In this document: one piece after another, positions 19,436 through 29,793 of the stretch
Layout of the letters: each line of letters opens with the position of its first letter
Position numbering within the stretch: position 1 is the stretch's first letter
Assembly (NCBI GenBank): GCA_049968255.1
Contig: JBMFRB010000003.1
Coordinates: forward strand, 1-64,000
From: Candidatus Sumerlaeaceae bacterium
GTDB lineage: Bacteria > Sumerlaeota > Sumerlaeia > Sumerlaeales > Sumerlaeaceae
Direction of reading: 5' to 3'
DNA length: 64,000 nt
Program-made: the position numbers and the translations under genes
Notes under the pieces: model-generated
The model's input: only the letters and a program-made list of their open reading frames with translations
Database searches by the model: none
What the model was told of the DNA's origin: nothing

Positions 19436-20323
19436 ATGAGTGACGCATTCGGTTTGGGAGCACGCGGCTGGTGTGTGACACGTCTGCAAGAAGCGCTTAG
19501 GCTTGCGCCAGACGGCCGGTTTGGCCCCAAGACGCACGCAGCTGTGGCAAACATCGAGGAGGTCACGCTTCGCCGTGAACCACGCGGCCTAGCCGACGAA
19601 GCCGTCTTTCGCCACCTCGGAATGTCCTGGCCAACGGAATTCGAGCGCGCGTTGGCTTTGATTGCCGAACTTGAGGGAACGTCTTATGGCGATTGCAATG
19701 CCACCGACATTGACGGTGCCGGTCTGACGATGGGCATCTGCGGCTTCACGACAAAACATGGGGAAGTTCAAGCCCTGGTCGAAACTTTTCTTCACGAGGT
19801 GCCTGAGGCTTGGACATGGGCTCCACCTTCTCTCCAGCTGGCGTTACGCGAACTCATGGATGAAAGCGCCCCAACCGAAGCATGGGAAGGCGTTCTGCTG
19901 GATGCACAACGTCGGCCCCGACACGCCACGCGAAGCACCATTGCAGCGTGGGGAACACACCCGCGCATGCGCGAGCTTCAACATGCTTTGGCGTTCGAGC
20001 GTTACTGGCAGCCCGCCGCGGCGACAGCTCGGCGCCTTGGCGTGGATACGTCGCAAGGCCGGGCCCTGCTTTTCGACATCGCCGTGCAAAACGGCGGCTG
20101 GCGCGCTGGCCACGAAAAGCGGCTGGCGCAACTGACCACCGCGGCTCACGGACCTGAGGACCCCCATACGCGCCTGCGTGCCATAGCGCTGGCGGTGGCT
20201 GACGAGGCCCAAGCCCCATGGCGCAGCGACGTGCTGAGCCGCAAAATGTTATTCGCGCGCGGGGCTGGGATGGTGCACGGCACCTTTTTTAGCCTTGCCG
20301 CGCAGGCGATCCTAGCCCGCTAA
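19436..20323 (+). CDS. Peptidoglycan-binding domain plus GH46/lysozyme-fold hydrolase (endolysin-like)
   Basis: N-terminal GARGWCVTRLQEAL...DGRFGPKTHAAV. Catalytic-like ELEG...DIDGAGLTMGICGF, plus YWQPA...LLFDIAVQNG. No signal peptide. Confidence 0.75.
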   Translation: MSDAFGLGARGWCVTRLQEALRLAPDGRFGPKTHAAVANIEEVTLRREPRGLADEAVFRHLGMSWPTEFERALALIAELEGTSYGDCNATDIDGAGLTMGICGFTTKHGEVQALVETFLHEVPEAWTWAPPSLQLALRELMDESAPTEAWEGVLLDAQRRPRHATRSTIAAWGTHPRMRELQHALAFERYWQPAAATARRLGVDTSQGRALLFDIAVQNGGWRAGHEKRLAQLTTAAHGPEDPHTRLRAIALAVADEAQAPWRSDVLSRKMLFARGAGMVHGTFFSLAAQAILAR

Positions 20324-20393
20324 CGTTGAGCGCGAGCCCGCCTAGCCCCCCGTCGTCGAGGCAAACCATCACACATCTCAGGAGGTTCTTTCC

Positions 20394-20606
20394 ATGAACA
20401 GTGCCGGCGAAGCCCTGCGCAAATTCTTCGGCAGCACACGCACGTACATTTTCTTCACAACTCTGCTCTCGGGTGCTGTGGCTTTCCAGCTTCTGGAGCA
20501 GCAGCAGGCCGACGCCTTGCTCAAAGCCGCTGTCGAGATCGGCATCGCGTTCTTCGGCGGCGCCTGGACCCACAGCGTGGGGCGGCGCGACGTGGGACAG
20601 CGTTGA
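20394..20606 (+). CDS. Small two-TM membrane protein, holin-like
   Basis: Strong AGGAGG RBS at 20380-20385. 70 aa with a basic N-terminus, two hydrophobic helices and a basic C-tail. Lies directly after the hydrolase gene. Confidence 0.6.
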   Translation: MNSAGEALRKFFGSTRTYIFFTTLLSGAVAFQLLEQQQADALLKAAVEIGIAFFGGAWTHSVGRRDVGQR

Positions 20607-20943
20607 GCAAGACCCCACAACCAAAGGCGCCCTCGCGCAGTGAAAAAAGTCCAAATAGGGTGGCGCAGGACGAGCGCGAGGGCGCTCCACTCGCGCGTCC
20701 CTGCGTCGTGCACGTTGCCCACTCTTATGCCCTTACCACCGAGATGACCAGACGCCCACGTGAGGGGAAGCGACCACCATTCGAGGGGCTCCTCGGGCAT
20801 CTCTGGTGCTTGCCCAGGCGTCGAGTTCTGCGATTCGACTTTCTTCCCACTCTCGCGCCTGCAAACTCGGCGCCGTTGGGTCGACATAAATGTCCCGCAA
20901 GCTCATTTGTGAGGCACTTTGGCGGCACTGCTCGCTGTGGCGT

Positions 20944-21813
20944 TCAGTGGTGCCAAAATCTATCCCAGAGCTCCCAGAAATTGCGGCCGCGCGCTTCAAC
21001 TTCGCGAGGGCCGACCACTTCGATTCCTGTGCGTCCGAGATAATCCTTTAGCTTATCGGGGGAAGTGAGCTCGACGTGCAGTGTCATGGGGGCTTGCGGC
21101 ACGAACGGTCTCGGCATTTCGCCCAGAGGACGGGAAAGAGCCTCGCACACGCCGTCCTCGATAAGCCTGAGCGATTGCGCAGGCGCTAGACACGCTGCAC
21201 TGTAGCGCGTGAGGCCGCGCTTGACCTCGGCACACGTAAGGCGTTCGCCGAGCAGCGCACGTGCTTCGCGGCAGACGGCCGCATCCCCGGAGACAAAAGC
21301 CACAGGCGCAGCAAAGCTGCCTGCAATTCCCGCCGCAAAACCAACTTCTCCGATCGGCTCGCCGTTGAGAGTGGCATGGTACCACGATTCGCTCGACATC
21401 GTGTGACACAGCACACCGTCGGCCACCCCGGCGCGCGCGTGCGCTCCCACCAGAACCACCACACAGTCGCCTACGCGCAGCGGTTCCACGAAGCAGCCCC
21501 AACGGTGACCAAAGACGTACGTCGCGCCGGCTTCGAGTCTGTCCTTCAAGAAACTGTTGAATGAGTACGCACCGCCTGCGCCGTGGCCATCCACCACATA
21601 AATGTCCTCGAACCCGGCTCTTTTTGCGCCCCGCACTGCGGCGTTGACGTCCTCAGTATAGAGCGCGCGGCCTTCCGGATAGGCAGGAGCGGTAGCGGTC
21701 ACTTGCTCCCACCGCGTAATGCACGACACGCCTTCCATATCGGTCCAGATGAGCACACGCTTCGGCCGCCGCACTGCCGTTGCGCGTTGAGTTGCTGACT
21801 GAGCCTTGGGCAC
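20944..21813 (-). CDS. M55 family D-aminopeptidase (DppA-like)
   Basis: IWTDMEG, DGHG, GAHARAG...LCHT, GEVG and FVSGD motifs. Confidence 0.9.
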   Translation of the reverse strand: MPKAQSATQRATAVRRPKRVLIWTDMEGVSCITRWEQVTATAPAYPEGRALYTEDVNAAVRGAKRAGFEDIYVVDGHGAGGAYSFNSFLKDRLEAGATYVFGHRWGCFVEPLRVGDCVVVLVGAHARAGVADGVLCHTMSSESWYHATLNGEPIGEVGFAAGIAGSFAAPVAFVSGDAAVCREARALLGERLTCAEVKRGLTRYSAACLAPAQSLRLIEDGVCEALSRPLGEMPRPFVPQAPMTLHVELTSPDKLKDYLGRTGIEVVGPREVEARGRNFWELWDRFWHH

Positions 21814-22109
21814 GTCTTATAATCTCCTTACTTCTCTCGATTGAACGAGTGCTAAAGTTAGCGTAGCCGCAGGTGCAATGGAAAGACGAAAAATAGTGCA
21901 TGTCAGGGGAAAATGGGGAACGAATGAAAGCCATTGGTGTCGTTAGTGTTGAGCGGGTGGGCCAACGAATGCGCAGCGTTTTCGATGATGAAGATTCGCA
22001 CTTGAACCTGAGTCGGGAAACGATGACACTGTTCTCAGGTTATCTGGCTCGGAGAGCAGCACGTGCCGACCACGGACCACGGACGCTGTATGAGAGACGG
22101 TGGTAGCAA

Positions 22110-24284
22110 ATGTCCTTTCTAAAAAAAATCATTCCTGGGAAGTCGGACAGCAAAAACGACGAGAAGACACAACCCTCGGCAACACAAACGCCGCAGCCAA
22201 CGATTCCGCGGCGGATTCCGGATCCGGCCGAAAAGCCAGCGGTCTCACATCCCCGTGTTGGCGCCGCCTCCTCTGCGACGAACCGTGTGGCGGCGCCGCC
22301 TGACGAAGCCGCCGCGAAGACCAAAGGTGGCGATGGTTCGATCTCTAGCCAGATTCGCGACGAAGAGGCACGGCTAGCCTCGGGCGGACCTTCATTGACC
22401 CCACCGGGAGAGGAAGCAGGGAAACTGGGCACAGCCGCCGCGGGGCCACAGCCGCCCGACCTTGCCGTTTCGGCTGAAGTAGATATGCTCCAGCTTCTTA
22501 GCGAGCAGGCCGGGCTCGAGTACGTCAAACTTAGCGATGTTCCAAAGAGCCAGATCACACCCGAGTTGCTTCGGATGATTCCCTCGGAGCTGGCGCGCGC
22601 CTACAAAGTTTTTCCCATCAAGTATCGGCCTGAGGACCGTACGGTGGTCGTGGCCATCAGCGATCCGCTCAATGTGCGGATCATTGATGATCTGCGCCTC
22701 TTCCTCATGGACAAAAACGTCAATAATGTGGACGCCGTCGTCGCTAACGAGGAAGACATCCTCGATTACATCAACCTCTTTTATGGAGTAGGCGACACAA
22801 CTCTGGATCAGATGGTCGAGGAATTCGAAGCGCAGGACACCTCGACGGGATTGGAAACCCGCGAGGGGACGTACGACCTGAGCGACATCGACAAGATTGC
22901 CAACGAAGCGCCAATCATCCGTTTCTGCAACCTGCTTTTGCTGCAAGCGATCAAGGATCGCGCCAGCGACTTGCATATCGAGCCCTTCTCGAATGCTTTG
23001 CGCATCCGCTACCGTGTGGACGGCGTGCTGCGCGAAATCCCCTCGCCCCCCAAATCGTGGCAGACGGGAATCGTCTCGCGTTTCAAGGTCATGTCGGGCA
23101 TGGACATCAGCGAAACGCGTCGCCCGCAAGACGGACGGATCAAGCTCACCGTCGAGGGACGCGAGATTGATCTCCGTGTGTCCTCACTTCCGGTGGCGCA
23201 CGGCGAGGGTCTGGCCATGCGTATTCTCGACAAAAACATGGCCCTGCTCGGCGTGCAGCAGATCGGCATGATGCCGGATGTGCTCGAGGTGTTCCTCAAG
23301 CTCATCCAGCGCCCCAACGGAATCATTCTTGTCACTGGCCCCACAGGTTGCGGCAAAACGACAACACTCTACGCCGCCTTGAACGAGGTCAATAGTCCGA
23401 CGGAAAAAATCATCACAGTGGAAGACCCCGTCGAATACCAGCTCGATGGGTTAGTGCAGGTCAACATCAACGCCAACGTTGGCCTTACGTTCGCCCGTTG
23501 TCTCCGCGCAATTTTGCGTCAGGACCCTGACATCATTCTCGTTGGTGAAGTGCGCGATGTGGAAACGGCGCAGATCGCGATCCAGGCCTCGCTGACGGGT
23601 CACTTGGTCTTTTCCACACTGCACACCAACAGTGCGGCCGGCGCCGTAACCCGCTTGATTGACATGGGGGTCGAGCCATTCCTCATTACCTCGACACTCG
23701 AGGGCGTGATCGGTCAGCGCCTTGTGCGCCTTATCTGTCCCATGTGCAAGCGTCCGTACACCCCAACCCCGGAGGAGCTTGAGGATTTTGCCACCACGCC
23801 GGAGGAAGTGGCGGATCTCACGTTCTTCCATGGCGAAGGATGCGACGAGTGCGGTAACACGGGCTACAAAGGCCGGATTGGAATTTTTGAGCTTCTGCGG
23901 GTGACGGAGGATATCCGCGATCTCATTCTCCAGCGCGCAACGACAGACGACATCCACGCCCTCGCCATCAAGCAGGGCATGAAGACCATGCGCCAGGATG
24001 GGTGGCTGAAAATCTGCTTGGGCATCACGACCTTCGAAGAAGTAGCGCGCCACACGCCTCGCGAAACGCGCGAAGTTATCCGCATGGAAATGGAAAAGCT
24101 CCTGCAAGAAACTGGCGTCAAGACGGACGAAGAACCCACGCGAGAGCGGCCGGTGGCGTCGATGGCCTCAATCGAGCAGGGGACACTGCCGGGGGGCGGC
24201 GAACCGTGGGCCGAGGAAACCGCGATACGGGCGCGCGACGCTGGCGATGCAACGCGAACGGACGAGAACGAAACTCAACCCTAG
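22110..24284 (+). CDS. Type IV pilus / type II secretion assembly ATPase (PilB/GspE family)
   Basis: RASDLHIEP, RRPQDGRI, Walker A GPTGCGKTTT, LRQDPDIILVGEVRD, TGHLVFSTLHTN and Cys pairs CPMC...CDEC. Confidence 0.93.
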   Translation: MSFLKKIIPGKSDSKNDEKTQPSATQTPQPTIPRRIPDPAEKPAVSHPRVGAASSATNRVAAPPDEAAAKTKGGDGSISSQIRDEEARLASGGPSLTPPGEEAGKLGTAAAGPQPPDLAVSAEVDMLQLLSEQAGLEYVKLSDVPKSQITPELLRMIPSELARAYKVFPIKYRPEDRTVVVAISDPLNVRIIDDLRLFLMDKNVNNVDAVVANEEDILDYINLFYGVGDTTLDQMVEEFEAQDTSTGLETREGTYDLSDIDKIANEAPIIRFCNLLLLQAIKDRASDLHIEPFSNALRIRYRVDGVLREIPSPPKSWQTGIVSRFKVMSGMDISETRRPQDGRIKLTVEGREIDLRVSSLPVAHGEGLAMRILDKNMALLGVQQIGMMPDVLEVFLKLIQRPNGIILVTGPTGCGKTTTLYAALNEVNSPTEKIITVEDPVEYQLDGLVQVNINANVGLTFARCLRAILRQDPDIILVGEVRDVETAQIAIQASLTGHLVFSTLHTNSAAGAVTRLIDMGVEPFLITSTLEGVIGQRLVRLICPMCKRPYTPTPEELEDFATTPEEVADLTFFHGEGCDECGNTGYKGRIGIFELLRVTEDIRDLILQRATTDDIHALAIKQGMKTMRQDGWLKICLGITTFEEVARHTPRETREVIRMEMEKLLQETGVKTDEEPTRERPVASMASIEQGTLPGGGEPWAEETAIRARDAGDATRTDENETQP

Positions 24285-24476
24285 CGCGTCTTTCGGGGAA
24301 TTTGGAGGAATGCCTCGGCGCTTTTGAAGCTAACGTGTGTCGGCACCGAGTTTCTCACGCTTCGCGGGCCAAAGACGAGCATCGCCCGTCCAGGACGCGC
24401 AGTTCGCGTAAACGCATAAGTTTGCCGTAAATTGGTTTTAGCATCTCGAATCCTGGACAGAAAGGAATGGCTCGGT

Positions 24477-25223
24477 ATGTACAAGGTGGTATTGCTCCGC
24501 CACGGCGAGAGCACCTGGAACAGGGAGAACCGCTTCACTGGCTGGACTGACGTTGATCTCTCCGCGAAAGGTATCGAGGAGGCACACGAAGCCGGTCGGA
24601 CGCTGAAAGCCGAAGGGTTTACCTTCGACTGCGCATTCACGTCCGTGCTCAAACGTGCTATCCGCACGCTGTGGATCGTGCTCGATGAAATGGATCTCAT
24701 GTGGATTCCCATCACGAACTCCTGGCGCCTCAATGAACGGCACTACGGCGCGCTGCAAGGGCTCAACAAAGCTGAAACCGCAGCAAAGTACGGCGAGCAG
24801 CAGGTCAAGATCTGGCGCCGCAGCTACGACGTGCCGCCACCAGCTCTCGAGAAAAGCGATCCGCGTTGGCCCGGACACGATCCGCGCTACCGCGACCTCG
24901 CTCCAGAGGAAATTCCTCTCACGGAGTGCCTCAAGGACACCGTCACACGGTTCCTTCCATTCTGGCATTCGACTATCGCCCCCACGATCAAGAGCGGTAA
25001 GCGCGTGATCATCGCCGCACACGGCAACAGCTTGCGCGCACTGGTGAAGTACCTCGACAACATCAGCGACGAAGAGATTGTGGAACTCAATATCCCCACG
25101 GGCATTCCACTTGTTTACGAACTGGATGCTGACCTAAAACCGATCAAGCATTACTACCTCGGCGACCCAGAAGCCGTGGCAAAGGCTGCCCAGGCCGTGG
25201 CAAACCAAGGCAAAGCAAAGTAA
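24477..25223 (+). CDS. gpmA: 2,3-bisphosphoglycerate-dependent phosphoglycerate mutase
   Basis: [30 protein letters not shown] and [10 protein letters not shown] motifs. Confidence 0.97.
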   Translation: MYKVVLLRHGESTWNRENRFTGWTDVDLSAKGIEEAHEAGRTLKAEGFTFDCAFTSVLKRAIRTLWIVLDEMDLMWIPITNSWRLNERHYGALQGLNKAETAAKYGEQQVKIWRRSYDVPPPALEKSDPRWPGHDPRYRDLAPEEIPLTECLKDTVTRFLPFWHSTIAPTIKSGKRVIIAAHGNSLRALVKYLDNISDEEIVELNIPTGIPLVYELDADLKPIKHYYLGDPEAVAKAAQAVANQGKAK

Positions 25224-25378
25224 GATGTTCCTAACTTCTGTTTCGCCTCGAGGCCGGTGAAGTTTACCTTGCCGGCCTCGAACATTTGATGCTCTGCCCA
25301 CCGGCGCGAACAGCCGCGGCGCCGCTCACGGGCTCGACATGTTCTGAGGGAAAACGCCGCTCTGCGAAGGGCCTTTGC

Positions 25379-26794
25379 CTAGGGCTTGCGTTCGGGGAAT
25401 TCGAGAAAACGAATGCCGGTCTTGCGCGTGGCTGTCCGCACCATCTCCGCGGCGGCCTCGTTGGCGCGCTGCACAATCTCCTCTTCTTTCACGCGCACGA
25501 GTTTGCCCTTCTCGACAACGATCTCGCCGTTGACGATCGAGTAGGCGACAATGTGAGAGTTGCCTGCGAAGACCGGTGCAGCGACGGGATCGTGCAGCGC
25601 TCCTGCTAGGCCGAGTTGCTCGAGATCGATGAGCACAAGGTCGGCAAGTGCACCCACTTCGATGCGCCCCAGCTCCGTGTAGCCCAACACCTTGGCGCCA
25701 CCGCGTGTGGCCCAGCGCAGGACTTCACGCGCGGTGACGGCGCGCGCACCGCCCATCACGCGGTGCAACAGCAAAGCCAGGCGCACTTCGCCCAGCATAT
25801 CGCTGGCGTCGTTGCTCGCGCTGCCATCCACGCCAAGCCCCACGGGCACGCCCGCTGCTGCCATTTTCGGAATTGGGGCGATTCCCGATCCTAGACGCAT
25901 ATTCGAAGCCGGACAATGCGACACGCCGGTTCCTGTTGCCGCCAGCCGCTCAATTTCTTTATCGTTGACGTGCACCATGTGAGCAAACCACACGTCTGGC
26001 CCCAACCAGCCGATTGTCTCTGCCCATTCGACGGGGCGCATGCCGTAGACTTCTTGGCAATAGCGTTCCTCATCGCGTGTCTCGGCGAGGTGGGTATGGA
26101 GCCGCAGCCCATGGGCACGCGCCAACTCTGCCAAGCGCTTCATCGTGCTCTCCTCGACGGAAAACGGCGAGCACGGTGCTAAGGCGATCTTCACCATGGC
26201 ATCGGGTGCGGGATCGTGGTACGCGGCTATGAGACGTTCGCAGTCGGCGATGATCTCATCTTCGCGTTGCACCACATCGTCAGGCGGAAGCCCGCCCTTC
26301 GAGCGACCGCGGGTCATGCAACCGCGGGTGGGATGAAATCGAATGCCTAGCTCGCGGGCCGCTTGAATTTCGGCATCAATGAGTTTGCCGTCGCTGGCGC
26401 GCGGGAAAAGATAGAGATGATCGGTTGTCGTTGTGCAGCCTGTGAGCAGCAACTCACCCAGCCCCACAAGCGCCGAAATGTAAACGAGTTCTGGCGTCAC
26501 TTCGCGCCAGATTTCGTAAAGATTCACGAGCCACTCGAAGAGTTCGGCATTTTGCACGCGAGGGACCGCTCGCGTCATCGTCTGATAGAGATGGTGGTGG
26601 CAATTCACCATCCCGGGCAAACACAACATGCCCGACGCCTCGATAACGCGTGCACCGTCTGGCACCTCGATGCAAGCAGCAATCTTCGCGATGCGATTGC
26701 CGCGGATAAGAACATCCACGCCATCGAGTTCCGTTGTTTGGTCGTCAAATGGTGCCAGCTTACCGACTTGGCGCAGAAGAATCGTTGAGCTCAT
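25379..26794 (-). CDS. Amidohydrolase, 8-oxoguanine deaminase-like
   Basis: PGMVNCHHHLYQT, GGLPPD, APCSPFSV, HTHLAET, HCPASNMRLGSG and GVDGSASND motifs. Confidence 0.88.
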   Translation of the reverse strand: MSSTILLRQVGKLAPFDDQTTELDGVDVLIRGNRIAKIAACIEVPDGARVIEASGMLCLPGMVNCHHHLYQTMTRAVPRVQNAELFEWLVNLYEIWREVTPELVYISALVGLGELLLTGCTTTTDHLYLFPRASDGKLIDAEIQAARELGIRFHPTRGCMTRGRSKGGLPPDDVVQREDEIIADCERLIAAYHDPAPDAMVKIALAPCSPFSVEESTMKRLAELARAHGLRLHTHLAETRDEERYCQEVYGMRPVEWAETIGWLGPDVWFAHMVHVNDKEIERLAATGTGVSHCPASNMRLGSGIAPIPKMAAAGVPVGLGVDGSASNDASDMLGEVRLALLLHRVMGGARAVTAREVLRWATRGGAKVLGYTELGRIEVGALADLVLIDLEQLGLAGALHDPVAAPVFAGNSHIVAYSIVNGEIVVEKGKLVRVKEEEIVQRANEAAAEMVRTATRKTGIRFLEFPERKP

Positions 26795-26996
26795 ATCCGT
26801 TGTCCGCCTTGTGTCCTTTCAATGAATGCTGCGGCATGTTGCGCAGCGAAAAACATGCTTATGTCGCCCTGAGATGGCCGTGAGTCAAGGTCATGGCGAA
26901 GTTGGCAGCTTGAGCACAGCGTCGCGTCCAGATGCCGTCTCGTGCACGAGCTAAGTGCTCTTGACGCGTCATGGGCGCGAGCGCGAGAGTAGAGTC

Positions 26997-28388
26997 GTGA
27001 AAAAGAGCTATGCATGGGGAATCAAGCGATGTGTTGTCCTGCTCCTCGCGGCAGGGACGGCGGCACACTTGCACGCACAAGTCCGCACTGTCACCGATAG
27101 CACACGCCCCGTTGCCTCGCCCGATGGCAAACGCACCATCGTGGTGGATCGCATCTTCCGCGTCGTTGATGGGGAGCTCGAACGCTATCCAAGCCGCATG
27201 CTTGTGCGAATTACGGAAGTCGGTAGCACCGTAACGCGCCAGCGACTCATTGACGCCTCCCAGGTGCGGCTACTCAATCCGCCTCGCTGGCTCGACGATC
27301 GCTGGGCAGCCTTCACGTACAATATCTCGAAAAATGCAAATGGGGTGGTTTATGTGGACAGCGCCTCGGCCGATGCACTGCAACTTGAATTTGTTGCGCT
27401 ACGCCGCCGCATGGCAGGCTCGGACACTATTGAGGTTGAACTGACGAGTTTCGAGGTCACTGACTACGGCCAGCGGATCACGCGCATTCCCAACGTTACA
27501 CGCCGAAACCGCTCCGTTTTCCCGCTTTTTCTCCGTCCGCTTCCGCCCTACGACACCACACCATTCCCTGGGGTTTATGCTGAGCAGGTGAGGAAAGCGG
27601 TGAAAGCCTATCACGACTTTTTGGAAAAAAACAAGATCCGCTCTCTGCGCCTGGAGGAAGCCAGCGAATCATTCTCGCCCGAGGACAAGATGTTGGCGGT
27701 GCTGTCCTGTGTGGACGGCAAGCCCGCAGCGCTGCTTTGCCCCTTGGAAGCGGAGAGTCCCGCAGCGGCGCTCGAACGCGTGCACATCTTCCCGTTGGAC
27801 CCGAACATTTCGCTGACTTGCCTCAGCGATGCGGGAGCTGCGCAGGCCGATACGCCGACCAGCTCCACAATAAGCGAGGACAGCGAAGTGCTTGGGCACT
27901 TCGGCGAGTATCGTTTCCGCACAAGTTGGAAAGACGAAGCAACAGCCCTTGTGGAGCAGGAATTCTTCGAAAGCGAGGAGCAGGAGCCACACCGCGAGCC
28001 GCTTTACGCTTTGCATCTTGACGGCAGAATCGAAAAAATCGCTCAGGCGAAAATCAGCGAAGGGGCAACGTCGGCCACGCTTAAGGACATAGGCAAATCC
28101 GATGACACGCCGACAAGTTCTGTGAATAGCATGGAAACATCTTTCACCCAAGCTGCACTGGGGGCAATGTCGCCCGAAGTCGCGGAGGCAGACAGCCAAA
28201 CCACCGCAATGGAACGCATTTCGGTGCCACGAGCGACCGCAACCCCGCAAAGTAAGGCTCAGATGCGGCAGAGCAAGCCGACCATCAGGCAGCGTGGCAC
28301 AGTCTCCAGTGCGAAAAAACAATCACGCACAAACCAGAGAAATGCGGCCTCGACCAGAACACTGCCCACACGCCGTTCTTCTCGTTGA
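26997..28388 (+). CDS. Secreted hypothetical protein with a disordered C-terminal tail
   Basis: Long ORF with signal-peptide-like KRCVVLLLAAGTAAHLHA-Q. Start uncertain (GTG 26997). Confidence 0.65.
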   Translation: MKKSYAWGIKRCVVLLLAAGTAAHLHAQVRTVTDSTRPVASPDGKRTIVVDRIFRVVDGELERYPSRMLVRITEVGSTVTRQRLIDASQVRLLNPPRWLDDRWAAFTYNISKNANGVVYVDSASADALQLEFVALRRRMAGSDTIEVELTSFEVTDYGQRITRIPNVTRRNRSVFPLFLRPLPPYDTTPFPGVYAEQVRKAVKAYHDFLEKNKIRSLRLEEASESFSPEDKMLAVLSCVDGKPAALLCPLEAESPAAALERVHIFPLDPNISLTCLSDAGAAQADTPTSSTISEDSEVLGHFGEYRFRTSWKDEATALVEQEFFESEEQEPHREPLYALHLDGRIEKIAQAKISEGATSATLKDIGKSDDTPTSSVNSMETSFTQAALGAMSPEVAEADSQTTAMERISVPRATATPQSKAQMRQSKPTIRQRGTVSSAKKQSRTNQRNAASTRTLPTRRSSR

Positions 28389-28482
28389 CACAAAGGTCGA
28401 GCGTTCCACTCTCGTCAATAGCTGTTGTGGGGCAAGCCATGGCGCTCTCGGGCATAAGGCAAAACTCGGAAAGGAAAAGTAG

Positions 28483-29793
28483 ATGAAGGTTGCGATCTTT
28501 GGACTCGGCTATGTGGGCACGGTGTGCGGTGCATGCTTCGCGCGCTATGGCCACGAAATTTTGGGCGTGGACGTCAATCCCCTTAAGGTGCAGATGATAG
28601 CCGAGGGCAAGTCGCCCATTGTCGAGCCGGACCTTGATTCATTTCTTGCCGAAGCGCACGAGCAAGGGCGCTTGCGCGCGACCACCAACACAGCCGAAGC
28701 CATCGAGTGGGCCGACATCTCCCTCGTCTGCGTGGGCACACCCAGCAACGAAAACGGTTCGCTCAACCTTGAGTACATTTACGGCGTGTGTCGCGACATC
28801 GGCCACGCCATGCGCAACAGACAAGATTTTCATGTCGTCGTGATTCGCTCGACCGTCCTTCCCGGCACTGTGGAGCGCTGTGCTCAGGTGATCGACGAAG
28901 CCAGCGGCAAAAAGGCCGGAATAGATTTCGCTGTCGCCTCAAACCCCGAATTCTTGCGCGAGGGCAGCGCCATCCGTGATTTTATGAACCCGCCTTTCAC
29001 GCTGGTAGGCACCAACGACGGTCGTGCCCGCGAGATGTTGCGCGAACTCTATGCGCCCGTGGGAGCAGAGTTCATAGCGGTTGAACCACGTGTGGCGGAG
29101 ATGCTTAAGTACGTTAACAATTCATTCCACGCGCTCAAAGTTGCGTTTGCCAACGAAATCGGCGAAATCTGCAAGGCCTTGGGCATTGATAGCCACGCGG
29201 TGATGGAACTCTTTATGCGCGACACGAAGCTCAATATCTCGACGGCTTACTTTCGTCCCGGCTATGCTTACGGTGGATCCTGTTTGCCCAAAGATCTAAG
29301 CGCGCTAGCGTACCAGGCCCAGCAACTCGATCTGCCCGTGCCATTGCTGCGCAGTATCCAGGAGAGCAATCGCCGTCACATCGAGTTTGGCATCCGGTTG
29401 ATTCAGCGGACGGGCAAAAAGAAAATCGGCTTGTTAGGGCTAAGCTTCAAGGCGGGGACGGATGACCTACGCGAAAGTCCGCTCGTTGTGCTCGTGGAAA
29501 CACTCTTGGGCAAAGGCTACTCAATAAAAATTTACGACCGAAATGTGAATCTCGCTCGCCTCGTGGGAGCCAACAAGGCGTACATCGAAAAGCAAATCCC
29601 GCACATTTCCCAGCTATTCGGGGCGAGCCTGGATGAGATCCTCGTCGACAGCGAATGTCTCGTCATCGGCAACAACGATCCGGAGTTCAAAGAGATTCTC
29701 AGCCGCGTGCGACCAGATCAGGTCGTCGTGGATCTCGTGCGAATTGCTCGCACGCCTGAAACCAGAGGCACGTACGAGGGCATCTGCTGGTGA
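28483..29793 (+). CDS. GDP-mannose 6-dehydrogenase / nucleotide-sugar dehydrogenase (AlgD-like)
   Basis: GLGYVG, CVGTPS, RSTVLPGT, NPEFLREG, GGSCLPKD, FKAGTDDLRESP and a C-terminal EGICW. Confidence 0.92.
   Translation: MKVAIFGLGYVGTVCGACFARYGHEILGVDVNPLKVQMIAEGKSPIVEPDLDSFLAEAHEQGRLRATTNTAEAIEWADISLVCVGTPSNENGSLNLEYIYGVCRDIGHAMRNRQDFHVVVIRSTVLPGTVERCAQVIDEASGKKAGIDFAVASNPEFLREGSAIRDFMNPPFTLVGTNDGRAREMLRELYAPVGAEFIAVEPRVAEMLKYVNNSFHALKVAFANEIGEICKALGIDSHAVMELFMRDTKLNISTAYFRPGYAYGGSCLPKDLSALAYQAQQLDLPVPLLRSIQESNRRHIEFGIRLIQRTGKKKIGLLGLSFKAGTDDLRESPLVVLVETLLGKGYSIKIYDRNVNLARLVGANKAYIEKQIPHISQLFGASLDEILVDSECLVIGNNDPEFKEILSRVRPDQVVVDLVRIARTPETRGTYEGICW

Noticed and set aside
19436-20606. Prophage
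   Set aside because: There are no integrase, capsid, tail or terminase genes and no att-like flanks. Only the two-gene cassette is present, and it is reported as a finding.
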